Below, piece by piece: positions 27,968 through 36,478 of a stretch of DNA of 64,000 nt. The DNA lies in IMG/VR virus record IMGVR_UViG_3300028805_000089, positions 1 through 64,000 of that record. One strand, written 5' to 3'. The notes beneath the pieces are model-generated. The model was not told the origin of the DNA. It made no database searches and saw only the letters and a program-made list of their open reading frames with translations. The stretch is from a virus. Lineage: Duplodnaviria > Caudoviricetes. Numbering within the stretch: the first letter of the stretch is position 1; the number at the start of each line of letters is the position of its first letter. A program made the position numbers and the translations under genes.

Positions 27968-28312
27968 ATGTCCGGAGGACACTTCAACTACGCGAATAAT
28001 TCACTTAAGCAGGAAATCTTCCCCTATTCCTGGACCGGAACCCGCGACCCCCGCGACGATCCCTTCCACGACCTTGAAGTCTCAGACCTTGTCTTCGATG
28101 TATTCAATATGATCCATGACCTGGATTATTACGAGTCCGGCGATTACGGCGAAGGGACTTACCGCAAGGAAATCACCGTCTTCAAGGAAAAGTGGTTTGG
28201 CAAAGGCAGCCGCGCAAAGCGCATGACCAAATACATCGACGAATCCATCGCCGCCCTTCGCGCCGACCTGATCGCGATGGTCACCGGCCAGCCCACATCG
28301 GAGGAACACTAA
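27968..28312 (+). CDS. Hypothetical protein
   Basis: AGGAGG RBS; MSGGHFNY start. Confidence 0.7.
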   Translation: MSGGHFNYANNSLKQEIFPYSWTGTRDPRDDPFHDLEVSDLVFDVFNMIHDLDYYESGDYGEGTYRKEITVFKEKWFGKGSRAKRMTKYIDESIAALRADLIAMVTGQPTSEEH

Positions 28313-28731
28313 TGGAATACAAATACCGTCTCACTGCCCGCCCCGTCGTTCCCTCCATCCTCCCGCCCGGAGGACTCATCCGTGCCGACCTCTGCTTTGA
28401 TAAGCCATGCCCGAATTCCGGCTGGGGCGTCACAGTCTACGACAGGCCCCTTACCGAAGAGGAAGCGAAGGAATACCACCTGGATATCATCTCCGGTCCC
28501 CAGCCCAGGCCGAAGCACCCGAAGGGGGTCATCCTGCACAACCGCGCCAAGTGCCTTGCCTGCGGTGATATCCTCGAATCGACATCTGTACATGATTTTG
28601 TCACATGCTCCTGCGGCAACGTCTCCGTTGACGGCGGTCACGATTACCTCAAGCGTTCCGTCAAAGACTGGTCAAAATATCAGGACCTGTCCGTTACGAT
28701 TTTCCCCCAGCTTTCCGAACCAGAAGATTAA
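28312..28731 (+). CDS. Hypothetical protein with a C-terminal Zn-binding module
   Basis: NRAKCLACGD..VTCSCG..VDGG. Confidence 0.7.
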   Translation: MEYKYRLTARPVVPSILPPGGLIRADLCFDKPCPNSGWGVTVYDRPLTEEEAKEYHLDIISGPQPRPKHPKGVILHNRAKCLACGDILESTSVHDFVTCSCGNVSVDGGHDYLKRSVKDWSKYQDLSVTIFPQLSEPED

Positions 28732-28747
28732 GGAGGCCCGACCGACT

Positions 28748-29080
28748 TTGTCCAGACCGAAGAAAGATCCCTATGTCGTTTCCAAAGCGACGTGCAAAGG
28801 GTGCATCCATTACGCGCCCCTGGCCGACTGCTCCATTTCATCCACCTGGTGCTGCACCTACATCCTGGATACGGGGCATCGCCGCCCGGAAGGGGAGACC
28901 TGCGCGGAATGCTCCGTCAAGGAAATCCGCGAAGGCCCGCGCCAGCCGCGCCGCGTCCAGATACACATCGAAAAATCCACGTCGCCCTTCAGCCAATGCG
29001 ACCGTAGCGAATACTCGTCCAATGAGATCGTCAACTCGTCCACGCAAACCATCAAATCCATCATGGAGGGAAAACTGTGA
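28748..29080 (+). CDS. Hypothetical Cys-rich protein
   Basis: AGGAGG RBS; TTG start. Confidence 0.55.
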   Translation: MSRPKKDPYVVSKATCKGCIHYAPLADCSISSTWCCTYILDTGHRRPEGETCAECSVKEIREGPRQPRRVQIHIEKSTSPFSQCDRSEYSSNEIVNSSTQTIKSIMEGKL

Positions 29081-29535
29081 AGAAGGTTTACTGTGATATC
29101 TGCGGCGGTCTGATCCACCGCGATGCCGCACCCCACCGTCTCATCCTGCCCACCTGGAACATGATCACCCACACCGTTGAAGTGAAGGAATACCCGGATG
29201 TCTGCGATTCCTGCGCGGAGGATATTTCCGTTTATATTGCTGCAATATTCAACCACGCGTCGGAACAGACCGTCCCGGAGCAGGACGAATCCACCGCCGT
29301 CGAATGGCACCCGGTTTCCGAATGCCCTCCCGCCGCCGGTCGCTACCTTGTCGCGGATACCCGTCTCAACGTATCAGGCCGTCCCCACGTCAGCATCGCC
29401 ATGTATGATGACGACGAATGGGCCACCAACGCCCTGATCCATCCGGAGGATATCATCTGCTGGACGGACATTCCGGAAACGCCGGATCGTTTCTTCAAGG
29501 AGAAAGATTTGATTGAGGAAGACGACGAGCAGTAA
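29077..29535 (+). CDS. Hypothetical protein
   Basis: GGAGG RBS; CDIC..CDSC. Confidence 0.65.
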   Translation: MKKVYCDICGGLIHRDAAPHRLILPTWNMITHTVEVKEYPDVCDSCAEDISVYIAAIFNHASEQTVPEQDESTAVEWHPVSECPPAAGRYLVADTRLNVSGRPHVSIAMYDDDEWATNALIHPEDIICWTDIPETPDRFFKEKDLIEEDDEQ

Positions 29536-29803
29536 AGACGAATCGCCCTGGCACGATGTCACGGAATCCCTTCCGCCGTCGCCCGGTCTGTATTTCTGCC
29601 TTGTCTGTTTCCGTCCCATTGCCGGGGACCACGCGTCCCCGGCCCTTTTTCCGGATGTCCAGCGTTTCCTGCCGGATGAGGACCCGCCCCGCTTTTCCGG
29701 CGAGACCCTTCACGGCCTCCGCGTCCGTTACTGGATGCACATCCCCCCGCTTGCTGTTCCACTTTACCTCGAACGCCCCGAATCCGAACTCTTCCCAAAG
29801 TAA
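29513..29803 (+). CDS. Hypothetical DUF551-like protein
   Basis: WHDVTESLP..VRYWMHIP. Confidence 0.5.
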   Translation: MRKTTSSKDESPWHDVTESLPPSPGLYFCLVCFRPIAGDHASPALFPDVQRFLPDEDPPRFSGETLHGLRVRYWMHIPPLAVPLYLERPESELFPK

Positions 29804-29819
29804 CAGGGGACGGTTCCAC

Positions 29820-29901
29820 AAAGTAACAGGGGACGGCTCCCTGTTCCACGCCCACTTTATAAAGTAACAGGGGACGGCTCCCTGTTCCACGCCCACTTTA
29901 T
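29820..29901 (+). repeat. 41-bp tandem direct repeat
   Basis: AAAGTAACAGGGGACGGCTCCCTGTTCCACGCCCACTTTAT twice, plus a partial copy upstream. Confidence 0.9.
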
Positions 29902-29997
29902 TAATTCCAAAACGCAGCCTTTCCCATACCCCATGTTATAATATTCCTATAGTGTAACCATTGTAACCTTCGACCTATTAAAGGAGACTAACTGCTT

Positions 29998-30468
29998 ATG
30001 GAACGAGACGAATGGGAAGACTTTATCAACTTTGTAGACGGAATCATCAAAGGCAAATCGGACAAACCCGATCCTCCCGCGCCCAAACCGGATTTGAAAA
30101 CCACCCCCTCCGGCGACGATAAGCCCGTCAAGGTCAACATGTCCCCGGACGGCAAGTATACCACCCAGACCTACGCCAAGCGGGAACAGCCGAAGCACGG
30201 CGAACACCTCCCGCGCTACGTCGGCAAAGTCCGGTGTATCGACTCTGCCGGTGACCGCTGCCAGCTTTTCGTCCGCGTGGACGATCCGGAGGAAGGCAGC
30301 CCGTCAAACCGCTCCATCATTCATATCGGATTCGCCATGGACGGCGATGCCGAAGGCCCGGACGATTATTATTTGGATATCACCTCGGAACAGTCGCTTG
30401 CCCTTCGAAGCATGCTCGAACAGGCAGAGTATTACACCATTATCGGCGACGTTAACGACGTGGAGTGA
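29998..30468 (+). CDS. Hypothetical protein
   Basis: AAGGAG RBS. Confidence 0.7.
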   Translation: MERDEWEDFINFVDGIIKGKSDKPDPPAPKPDLKTTPSGDDKPVKVNMSPDGKYTTQTYAKREQPKHGEHLPRYVGKVRCIDSAGDRCQLFVRVDDPEEGSPSNRSIIHIGFAMDGDAEGPDDYYLDITSEQSLALRSMLEQAEYYTIIGDVNDVE

Positions 30469-30959
30469 CCGCCATGCTGATCTTCGCCATCGATCCCGGT
30501 TCCACCCAGTCGGCCTATTGCATGATGGGGGAGGACGCGCTTCCGATTTCCTTCGACAAGCGCCCGAACGAAGACCTCATCGCGCTTCTCCGCAACTACG
30601 GCAAAAGCCGCCCCACCGTGGTCATCGAACGCGTCGCGTCCTACGGCATGCCCGTCGGGCGCGAGGTCTTCGACACTTGCGAATGGATCGGGCGTTACAC
30701 CCAGGTTGCCAAGGACCTTGCCCTCGACGTGGAATACATCCTCCGTCAGGAAGAAAAACTCCACATCTGCAAATCCCCCAAGGCCAACGACGCCACCATC
30801 CGCAAAGCGCTCATCGACCGCTTCGCAAAGCACGATTTCAAAACCGGGAAAGGCAATTCCCATAATCCGGATTTCTTTTACAACTTTAGAGCAGACATCT
30901 GGGCAGCATTCAGTATAGGGGTAACCCATTTAAATAAAAAGGGGATGATCGAACTATAA
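30465..30959 (+). CDS. RuvC-like Holliday junction resolvase
   Basis: IFAIDPG, VVIERV, ADIWAA. Confidence 0.75.
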   Translation: MTAMLIFAIDPGSTQSAYCMMGEDALPISFDKRPNEDLIALLRNYGKSRPTVVIERVASYGMPVGREVFDTCEWIGRYTQVAKDLALDVEYILRQEEKLHICKSPKANDATIRKALIDRFAKHDFKTGKGNSHNPDFFYNFRADIWAAFSIGVTHLNKKGMIEL

Positions 30960-31003
30960 GCGCACCGATTATAAAAGACGAAGTAGGGAAAAAATACGGA
31001 AGA

Positions 31004-31867
31004 TTGACCGTGCTTGAGTATGCAGGAATGAACGACCGACATAATGCTCTGTTTTTATGTCAGTGCGAATGTGGTGGGCAGAAAATAGCAACTGGGTCTG
31101 GATTGCGCGATGGGACTATAAAAAGTTGTGGATGTCTTCGGAAAGAAAAAAACATTCAAAACATAACAGGATACAATCAAAGCGGCGCTAACATTACGCA
31201 CGGAAAAACGAAAACACGTTTATATACCATTTGGCGTGCAATGAAGAGGAGATGCTATCAGAAGAACGCTACTAATTATTATAGATATGGTGGTAGAGGA
31301 ATTGAAGTCTGTGATGAATGGCGCAACAATTTTCAAGAATTTTATGATTGGTCTCAGGCAAACGGATATAATGACGCATTGACAATCGACCGCATAGACA
31401 ACGATAAAGGATATTCGCCGGATAATTGCAGATGGACAACACAAAAAGAACAAGTTAAAAACCGTTCTGTAACTATAATGTATACACACAATGGAGAAAC
31501 TAAGCCTCTAATCGATTGGGCCAATAAGTATAATGTACCGGAACGTCTTGCTTACGAAAGGTATCAAAAGGGCCTGAAGCATGAATCCATTTTTCGCGAA
31601 TATTATGGGTTGCCAGACGATATTACCGGAAACCAGATGGGAGTATACATTTGCTACGATCCAAGTGTCCGTATTGTTCGGAACAGAATCAAGTGTGTAC
31701 ATTGTGGCGCAATTATCGAATCCAAAAATCTGTATGGCGAAAAATGGTGTCCATGCAGAAGTGTTGTAATCGATGGCGGCACATCGGTTCTAAAGCGGTC
31801 TTTTCTTAATTCAATGTCTGATTATATCGAACTCTCAGAGACAAAAGCAAATGAGGAAAAGACATAA
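31004..31867 (+). CDS. HNH homing-endonuclease-like protein with a C-terminal Zn module (start uncertain)
   Basis: CQCECG, KSCGC, YGGRGI.VC.EW, TIDRIDNDKGYSPDNCRW; low GC. Confidence 0.75.
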   Translation: MTVLEYAGMNDRHNALFLCQCECGGQKIATGSGLRDGTIKSCGCLRKEKNIQNITGYNQSGANITHGKTKTRLYTIWRAMKRRCYQKNATNYYRYGGRGIEVCDEWRNNFQEFYDWSQANGYNDALTIDRIDNDKGYSPDNCRWTTQKEQVKNRSVTIMYTHNGETKPLIDWANKYNVPERLAYERYQKGLKHESIFREYYGLPDDITGNQMGVYICYDPSVRIVRNRIKCVHCGAIIESKNLYGEKWCPCRSVVIDGGTSVLKRSFLNSMSDYIELSETKANEEKT

Positions 31868-31900
31868 CGGGGGACAGTTCTTTGTTCCTCCGTCCAACGC

Positions 31901-31972
31901 GGGCATATAGCACAGAGGTAAGTGCGGTGGCCTTATAAGCCATTCATCATGGTTCGACTCCATGTATGCCTA
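31901..31972 (+). tRNA. tRNA-Ile (anticodon TAT), no encoded CCA
   Basis: Cloverleaf: GGGCATA/TATGCCT acceptor, GTGGC-CTTATAA-GCCAT anticodon arm, CATGG-TTCGACT-CCATG T arm. Confidence 0.85.
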
Positions 31973-31975
31973 TCC

Positions 31976-32056
31976 GCCAACGTAGCGCAACCGGCAGCGC
32001 ATCGGCCCTGTAATCCGGACCGGAGGTTGCGGGTTCAACTCCCGCCGTTGGCTCCA
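31976..32056 (+). tRNA. tRNA-Thr(TGT)-like, atypical
   Basis: GCCAACG/CGTTGGC acceptor with CCA; loop CCTGTAA (C33), one stem mismatch, enlarged variable region. Confidence 0.6.
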
Positions 32057-32131
32057 GCCAGCATAGTTCAGCGGCAGAACATCGGTTTTGTAAACAGGGT
32101 GTCGTGGGTTCAAATCCCTCTGCTGGCTCCA
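32057..32131 (+). tRNA. tRNA-Thr(TGT)
   Basis: GCCAGCA/TGCTGGC acceptor with CCA; loop TTTGTAA; one anticodon-stem mismatch. Confidence 0.7.
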
Positions 32132-32261
32132 AGACCATCATACGCAGCAATCAGGCGTATGAAAAAAACCGGTCAGCGGCATGACGGCGCGTGATTGCCA
32201 CGCCGTCCTGTCACGATGCGGTCAGGACCGTGGAGTGGTTACAATTCACCGCATCATTCAT

Positions 32262-32509
32262 ATCGGCGTGGCGGAATAGACATCCATCACTCCCACGGGA
32301 AGTAAACAGGGACGCGGCTTCCGGTTAAATACACCTGATGAACAGGGGCGCGGGTCACGGATGGTAAAGGTCTCGATGAACTTCGGGCCAATAGTAGACG
32401 CATAGTAAGCGGCCCTGGCCGAACAGGCTGCGCTTTAGAGGGTGCGTAATCCCGTACGAGACGCATTAGCCTGGTGCGTTATGCGGGGTGCAAATCCCCG
32501 CCGCCGATC
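32262..32509 (+). ncRNA. Large tRNA-like structured RNA (GOLLD-like candidate)
   Basis: 7-bp closing stem ATCGGCG/CGCCGAT, split D-arm-like GCGGAATAG..GTAGACGC, T-arm-like GCGGGG-TGCAAAT-CCCCGC, large inserts; inside the tRNA cluster. Confidence 0.6.
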
Positions 32510-32572
32510 TTCAAACCAATTACATCTTCACTCTTCACTCTCCACTCTTCACTCTTGAAAGGACGGTGACTC

Positions 32573-32896
32573 ATTATCTCCCGCGATTACGAAACCTCCG
32601 TTACCTACACCTCGACCACCGCGTTCTTCTCTTCCGACGAAAAGCGCTGGATCAACCGCATCCGAAAACTCAAGGAATCCAATCCGGACAAAGTCCATAT
32701 CCTTGAAGAACCGGAGAACAACGACGGCTGCATATACGCAACCGTCCCAAGTAACTGGTTGAAAATCGCCCCGCCCCGTCAGCTTTCCTACACGGACGAG
32801 CAACGGGAAGCGATGGGCGAACGCCTCAAAAACTACCGCAAAACCAAAGCTGAGTTGAACGATCCCGACGGGGAACAGGAGGATGATGACGAATGA
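32573..32896 (+). CDS. Hypothetical phage protein (probable ATT start)
   Basis: Open frame YETSVTY..SSDEKRWINRIRKL..GCIYATVP..WLKIAPPR behind the AAGGACGGTG RBS. Confidence 0.6.
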   Translation: MISRDYETSVTYTSTTAFFSSDEKRWINRIRKLKESNPDKVHILEEPENNDGCIYATVPSNWLKIAPPRQLSYTDEQREAMGERLKNYRKTKAELNDPDGEQEDDDE

Positions 32897-33552
32897 AAAT
32901 AGTTCCCCAATCCTTCTCGATCCTGACGCCCGTCCACCTGGATAAGGAATCCGTATCCCAACTTTATCAGCAAATCGAAACGGCGGGCCGCACATGCTAC
33001 AAATCCCAGCTTGCCATCACCGAAGATTCCGCACGTCAGTTCGTAAAAAGGCTGACAGAAAACCGGCACGAGGCAATGCTTGAACACGCGTCGATTACCG
33101 TGCGTTTCGTCACATCCCGTGCCGTTTCCCACGAACTCGTCCGTCACCGCATGGCATCCTTCGCCCAGCTTTCCCAGCGATATGTCAATTACTCCAAAGA
33201 GAAATTCGGCCACACCATTCCCTTCGTCAGGCCGACGAACATCACACCAGGCACACGCGCTGACGAGTGTTTTCTGCTGGCATGTCAAGCGTGCGAAAAC
33301 GCATATTTCGCCATGCTTGACGAAGGCTGTCCCCCGGAGGATGCCCGTTCTGTCCTGCCCAACGCAACGGCAACGGAAATCGTCGTGACGGCCAACCTCC
33401 GCGAATGGCGGCACATCCTTTCCCTTCGCGCAGCGGGCACAACAGGCAAACCCCACCCAGATATGCAGGCGCTCATGCTCCCCGTCCTCTCGGATTTCAG
33501 CGCCATGATGCCCGAAGTCTTCGGGGATATCCAACTCCCGACACACAAGTGA
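32893..33552 (+). CDS. thyX: FAD-dependent thymidylate synthase
   Basis: RHEAMLEH, SHELVRHRMASFAQLSQRY, EDARSVLP. Confidence 0.95.
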   Translation: MKIVPQSFSILTPVHLDKESVSQLYQQIETAGRTCYKSQLAITEDSARQFVKRLTENRHEAMLEHASITVRFVTSRAVSHELVRHRMASFAQLSQRYVNYSKEKFGHTIPFVRPTNITPGTRADECFLLACQACENAYFAMLDEGCPPEDARSVLPNATATEIVVTANLREWRHILSLRAAGTTGKPHPDMQALMLPVLSDFSAMMPEVFGDIQLPTHK

Positions 33553-33578
33553 TAAAGTGATAATAGGAGGATTCAAAA

Positions 33579-34022
33579 TTGAACCGCATAACCCTGATCG
33601 GAAACCTCTGTTCTGATCCTACGAGCCGCACCACACAGTCCGGCATCACCTACACCACGTTTACTTTGGCGGTCAACCGCCGCAACCGTTCCCAGAACGC
33701 GTCCGAAGGCCAGCCGGAGGCCGACTTCTTCCGCGTCACGGCATGGCGTCAGCTTGGCGATATCTGCGCGAAATACCTGGCCAAAGGCCGCAAGGTCGCG
33801 GTCGTCGGCCCCGTCTCCCTGAACACCTTTACCGGCAAAGACGGCGCTACCCACGCTACCATGGAAGTCACCGCCGACGACGTGGAATTCCTTTCCTCCC
33901 GTTCCGATGCCCCCGCCCAGGCAGCTGCCGCTCCGGACGCGGCTCCCGCCGACGCTCCCGCAGCGGAAAAGAAAGCGCCGTCCAAATACGTCGAAGTCGA
34001 TGATGAGGAATTGCCATTCTAA
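33579..34022 (+). CDS. ssb: Single-stranded DNA-binding protein
   Basis: NRITLIGNL..FTLAVNR..ADFF..WRQLG..KGRKVAVVG; acidic DDEELPF tail. Confidence 0.95.
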   Translation: MNRITLIGNLCSDPTSRTTQSGITYTTFTLAVNRRNRSQNASEGQPEADFFRVTAWRQLGDICAKYLAKGRKVAVVGPVSLNTFTGKDGATHATMEVTADDVEFLSSRSDAPAQAAAAPDAAPADAPAAEKKAPSKYVEVDDEELPF

Positions 34023-34031
34023 ATCCCGGAG

Positions 34032-34454
34032 GTGACCCTATTGAACTTTCCCTTCCAGGTTTTTCTCTGTCTCCTTTTCGGCGTGGTCTGCGTGGTCTTC
34101 ATTGTCTGGGTCTTCCGTCAGGACAACGCCGGTTACATCACCACAGAAATCCCGATACCCGCGCAGAGGGGGAAGGCCATGACACCCCCTCCCGCTTTCT
34201 CCCCGCCCTACGGGGACATCTCCTTCACCAATATGCGTCTGCTCGTCTACTACGCCAACATCGCCGTCATCGCGGCGTCAGGCCGCAAGGGCAAGCCGCC
34301 CGAAGAAGACCTCCCGGATATCCGCGAAAAGGCCATCGACATGGTACTTGCCTTTTGTCAGGCCGACGGATATGAGATCGACGCCGCCGCCCGCGCAGCC
34401 ATTCCATTCATTGTCGATTACCGCATCAACGAACTCTACGCCCCGCTGTTCTGA
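34032..34454 (+). CDS. Membrane-anchored hypothetical protein
   Basis: N-terminal TM helix; GGAGGTG RBS. Confidence 0.65.
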   Translation: MTLLNFPFQVFLCLLFGVVCVVFIVWVFRQDNAGYITTEIPIPAQRGKAMTPPPAFSPPYGDISFTNMRLLVYYANIAVIAASGRKGKPPEEDLPDIREKAIDMVLAFCQADGYEIDAAARAAIPFIVDYRINELYAPLF

Positions 34455-34468
34455 AAGGAGGAACCCAT

Positions 34469-34723
34469 ATGAACTTTGCCGATGCTCTTCTTGCCATGAC
34501 GCACGGCGAACGTGTCCGCCTTCCATGGTGGCGCGGATACTGGTACATCCGCAAGGATACCATCGTTGTCCACCTCAAAGACGGCGACGAATTCGATATC
34601 CGCGAATCCACGGACATCCTCGAAACCGTTTCCTATATGACCTCGGATTCATGGCAGCTTGTTCCTGACCATTCCGTCATGCACGATCTTCAGCAGGAGA
34701 TGAACGAACTCTGCAAAACATGA
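34469..34723 (+). CDS. DUF2829-like protein
   Basis: MNFADALLAMTHGERVRLPWWRG..SDSWQLV. Confidence 0.75.
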   Translation: MNFADALLAMTHGERVRLPWWRGYWYIRKDTIVVHLKDGDEFDIRESTDILETVSYMTSDSWQLVPDHSVMHDLQQEMNELCKT

Positions 34724-34790
34724 TTTGCCAAAACATGATTTACCAAAGCATGATTTGCCGAAAAATAATTCCCTGAAATACAATTCTGCA

Positions 34791-34813
34791 AACGGCCTTC
34801 GGGCCGTTTTTTT
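34791..34813 (+). terminator. Terminator at the early/late convergence
   Basis: AACGGCC-TTCG-GGCCGTT followed by a T-tract. Confidence 0.85.
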
Positions 34814-35025
34814 ATTATCCGATTTTATCTCCACTCTCCACTCTTCACTCTCCACTCTGTTCTGTCCTCTTCACTCTAAAATAAAAAAAGCCCCGCGCAC
34901 AGGCTACGCTGCCCATGCACGGGACCCCGAAAGGAGGTGATGCTGTTTCGGGACCGCCACTTCCCGAACGCATACTCATCATACCTTCTTTACGTCTTCA
35001 CTTCAATCCTTCGTCCAAATAAACA

Positions 35026-35361
35026 TCAGTCCTCAAAATCCCCGTATACTTCCATCGTGCTGTCGGCGCTGGCGTTGACAACCTTCACGTAATTCACCCC
35101 GCCCATCGGGACCTTGTAAAGCCCCGCCACGCTGATGCTGTCGTCAACGCTGCCGTCCAGCAGATTGATAGGGGAGTCGAACCACACCCCGTTAACGGGA
35201 TCATTCCCGGTATGTACCTTCACGGTCAGGCTTGGTATCCCGTCGCTGAGTACCGTCAGGTATAGCGCCCTCGCGCCCATCTCGTTCTTCACGGGGCCGC
35301 CGTCCGTCAGGCCGCTTCCCTTCTTAATAAATTCCGCGCTCTGTACTCTCACCCGGATCAC
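35026..35361 (-). CDS. Hypothetical late protein
   Basis: GAGGAG RBS; coupled to the holin stop. Confidence 0.65.
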   Translation of the reverse strand: MIRVRVQSAEFIKKGSGLTDGGPVKNEMGARALYLTVLSDGIPSLTVKVHTGNDPVNGVWFDSPINLLDGSVDDSISVAGLYKVPMGGVNYVKVVNASADSTMEVYGDFED

Positions 35362-35627
35362 TCCTCTTCTTTCTTCTCTTCCTCTTCACCGTCATTGCCG
35401 ACATAAACATCGCCCTCATAGAAATCCCCGCCCGCGCTGGCGGCGTCGGTGAGTCCTTCCCCGATGATGTACGCGACAACCTACGCTCCGGCCATGATAA
35501 TGCCGCTGATCTGCGTCACGGTCTGCTCGTCCATGTGCAGGGCCAGCAGCAGCCCGCTCACAAATCCCACGATTGCCATCCAGAATTTCCTGCTCGTCAG
35601 TTTGCTTACCCAGTCGATGTTCCTCAT
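35358..35627 (-). CDS. Holin-like membrane protein, 89 aa, one in-frame TAG (35481-35483)
   Basis: MRNIDWVSKLTSRKFWMAIVGF..GIIMAGA*VVAYIIGEGLTDAA..acidic tail; ends TGA; missing from the ORF track because of the TAG. Confidence 0.8.
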
Positions 35628-35745
35628 AAATCTTCGCTCCTCTCATTTTCGTCCCGGCGCGCCGGGTCAGTTACTTCCAAACAGGGGACGGTTCTCTGTT
35701 CCCTTCAAACCGTCTCCATCTCAACTCTCAACTCTTCCCCGTTAC

Positions 35746-35994
35746 TTAACGCCTCCATGGATAATCGTAGCTCATTGCCCGTTCGCTGTCCCCGACGCCC
35801 TCCGTGGTCGGATCGATCAGGACGCCCAGCAAGCCGAGCAGCGTCAGCACATGGCTGATGATGTCCATCACGGTGCTTTCCTCAACCGGCACCACGATGC
35901 CAAGGGATTTACAGACATTGTATCCGAAGCCCACGATCAGGCTCAGGAAGGTCGCCAGCCAGACCTTGTTCCGAAAACGCACTTTCCAATTCAT
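35746..35994 (-). CDS. Phage holin (phi LC3-like)
   Basis: MNWKVRFRNKVWL..LGVLIDPTTEGVGDSERA. Confidence 0.88.
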   Translation of the reverse strand: MNWKVRFRNKVWLATFLSLIVGFGYNVCKSLGIVVPVEESTVMDIISHVLTLLGLLGVLIDPTTEGVGDSERAMSYDYPWRR

Positions 35995-35998
35995 ACTC

Positions 35999-36223
35999 TT
36001 ACCCCACTTTCTTCGACAGTTCTTCTACGTCTTTGACGACGTCGTCCACGCGCTGCTCCAGTTTGATGGTCCGCTCCACCACCTGGTTGTGTTTTTCCAC
36101 CTTGATCTCCAACTGTTCCAATCGGTACGCTATCAGGGCCGCCTGTTTACGGTTACTAATAAACGTCCCCAGGAACGCGCCAAGCGCGGTAATCACCGCC
36201 ACCACGATCGTTGTCCAGTTCAT
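35999..36223 (-). CDS. Small membrane protein (holin/hemolysin-like)
   Basis: N-terminal TM helix then LIAYRLEQLEIKVEKHN. Confidence 0.75.
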   Translation of the reverse strand: MNWTTIVVAVITALGAFLGTFISNRKQAALIAYRLEQLEIKVEKHNQVVERTIKLEQRVDDVVKDVEELSKKVG

Positions 36224-36478
36224 AGGATCACCCCCTCAATTATTTGTATTTTGCTAAAATAACCGTACCTCTTATTTTAAATAACTGCCCATCTCTGAAA
36301 TAAGGAAGACCCCGTAAGCCTTCCCCTCAGGGGAAGGTGGCTGCGACCGCAGGGAGCAGACGGATGAGGTTCCCCGTCGTTCCCGTCCGTTTCCGTCCGT
36401 TCCTTCCCCGTTATCAAACAGGGGACGGTTCCTCGTGTTCTCTCCATAATCCCTTTTACCATGTTCACTTCAACGATC

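Noticed and set aside
31976-32131. Reading the two tRNAs as Tyr(GTA)
   Set aside because: Shifting the loop by one base destroys anticodon-stem pairing; acceptor stems and short arms fit Thr(TGT)
32262-32509. tmRNA or intron-containing tRNA
   Set aside because: No tmRNA-type 5' end, resume codon or tag ORF; no group I core elements, and no removal of a single insert yields a normal anticodon arm
34719-34760. Three copies of CATGATTT(G/A)CC(A/G)AA after the last early gene
   Set aside because: Real but short; no supporting context for a function, so left as a possible slippage duplication
34874-34880. CTCTAAA as a suppressor anticodon loop
   Set aside because: No flanking stem or cloverleaf; it is part of a CACTCT repeat tract
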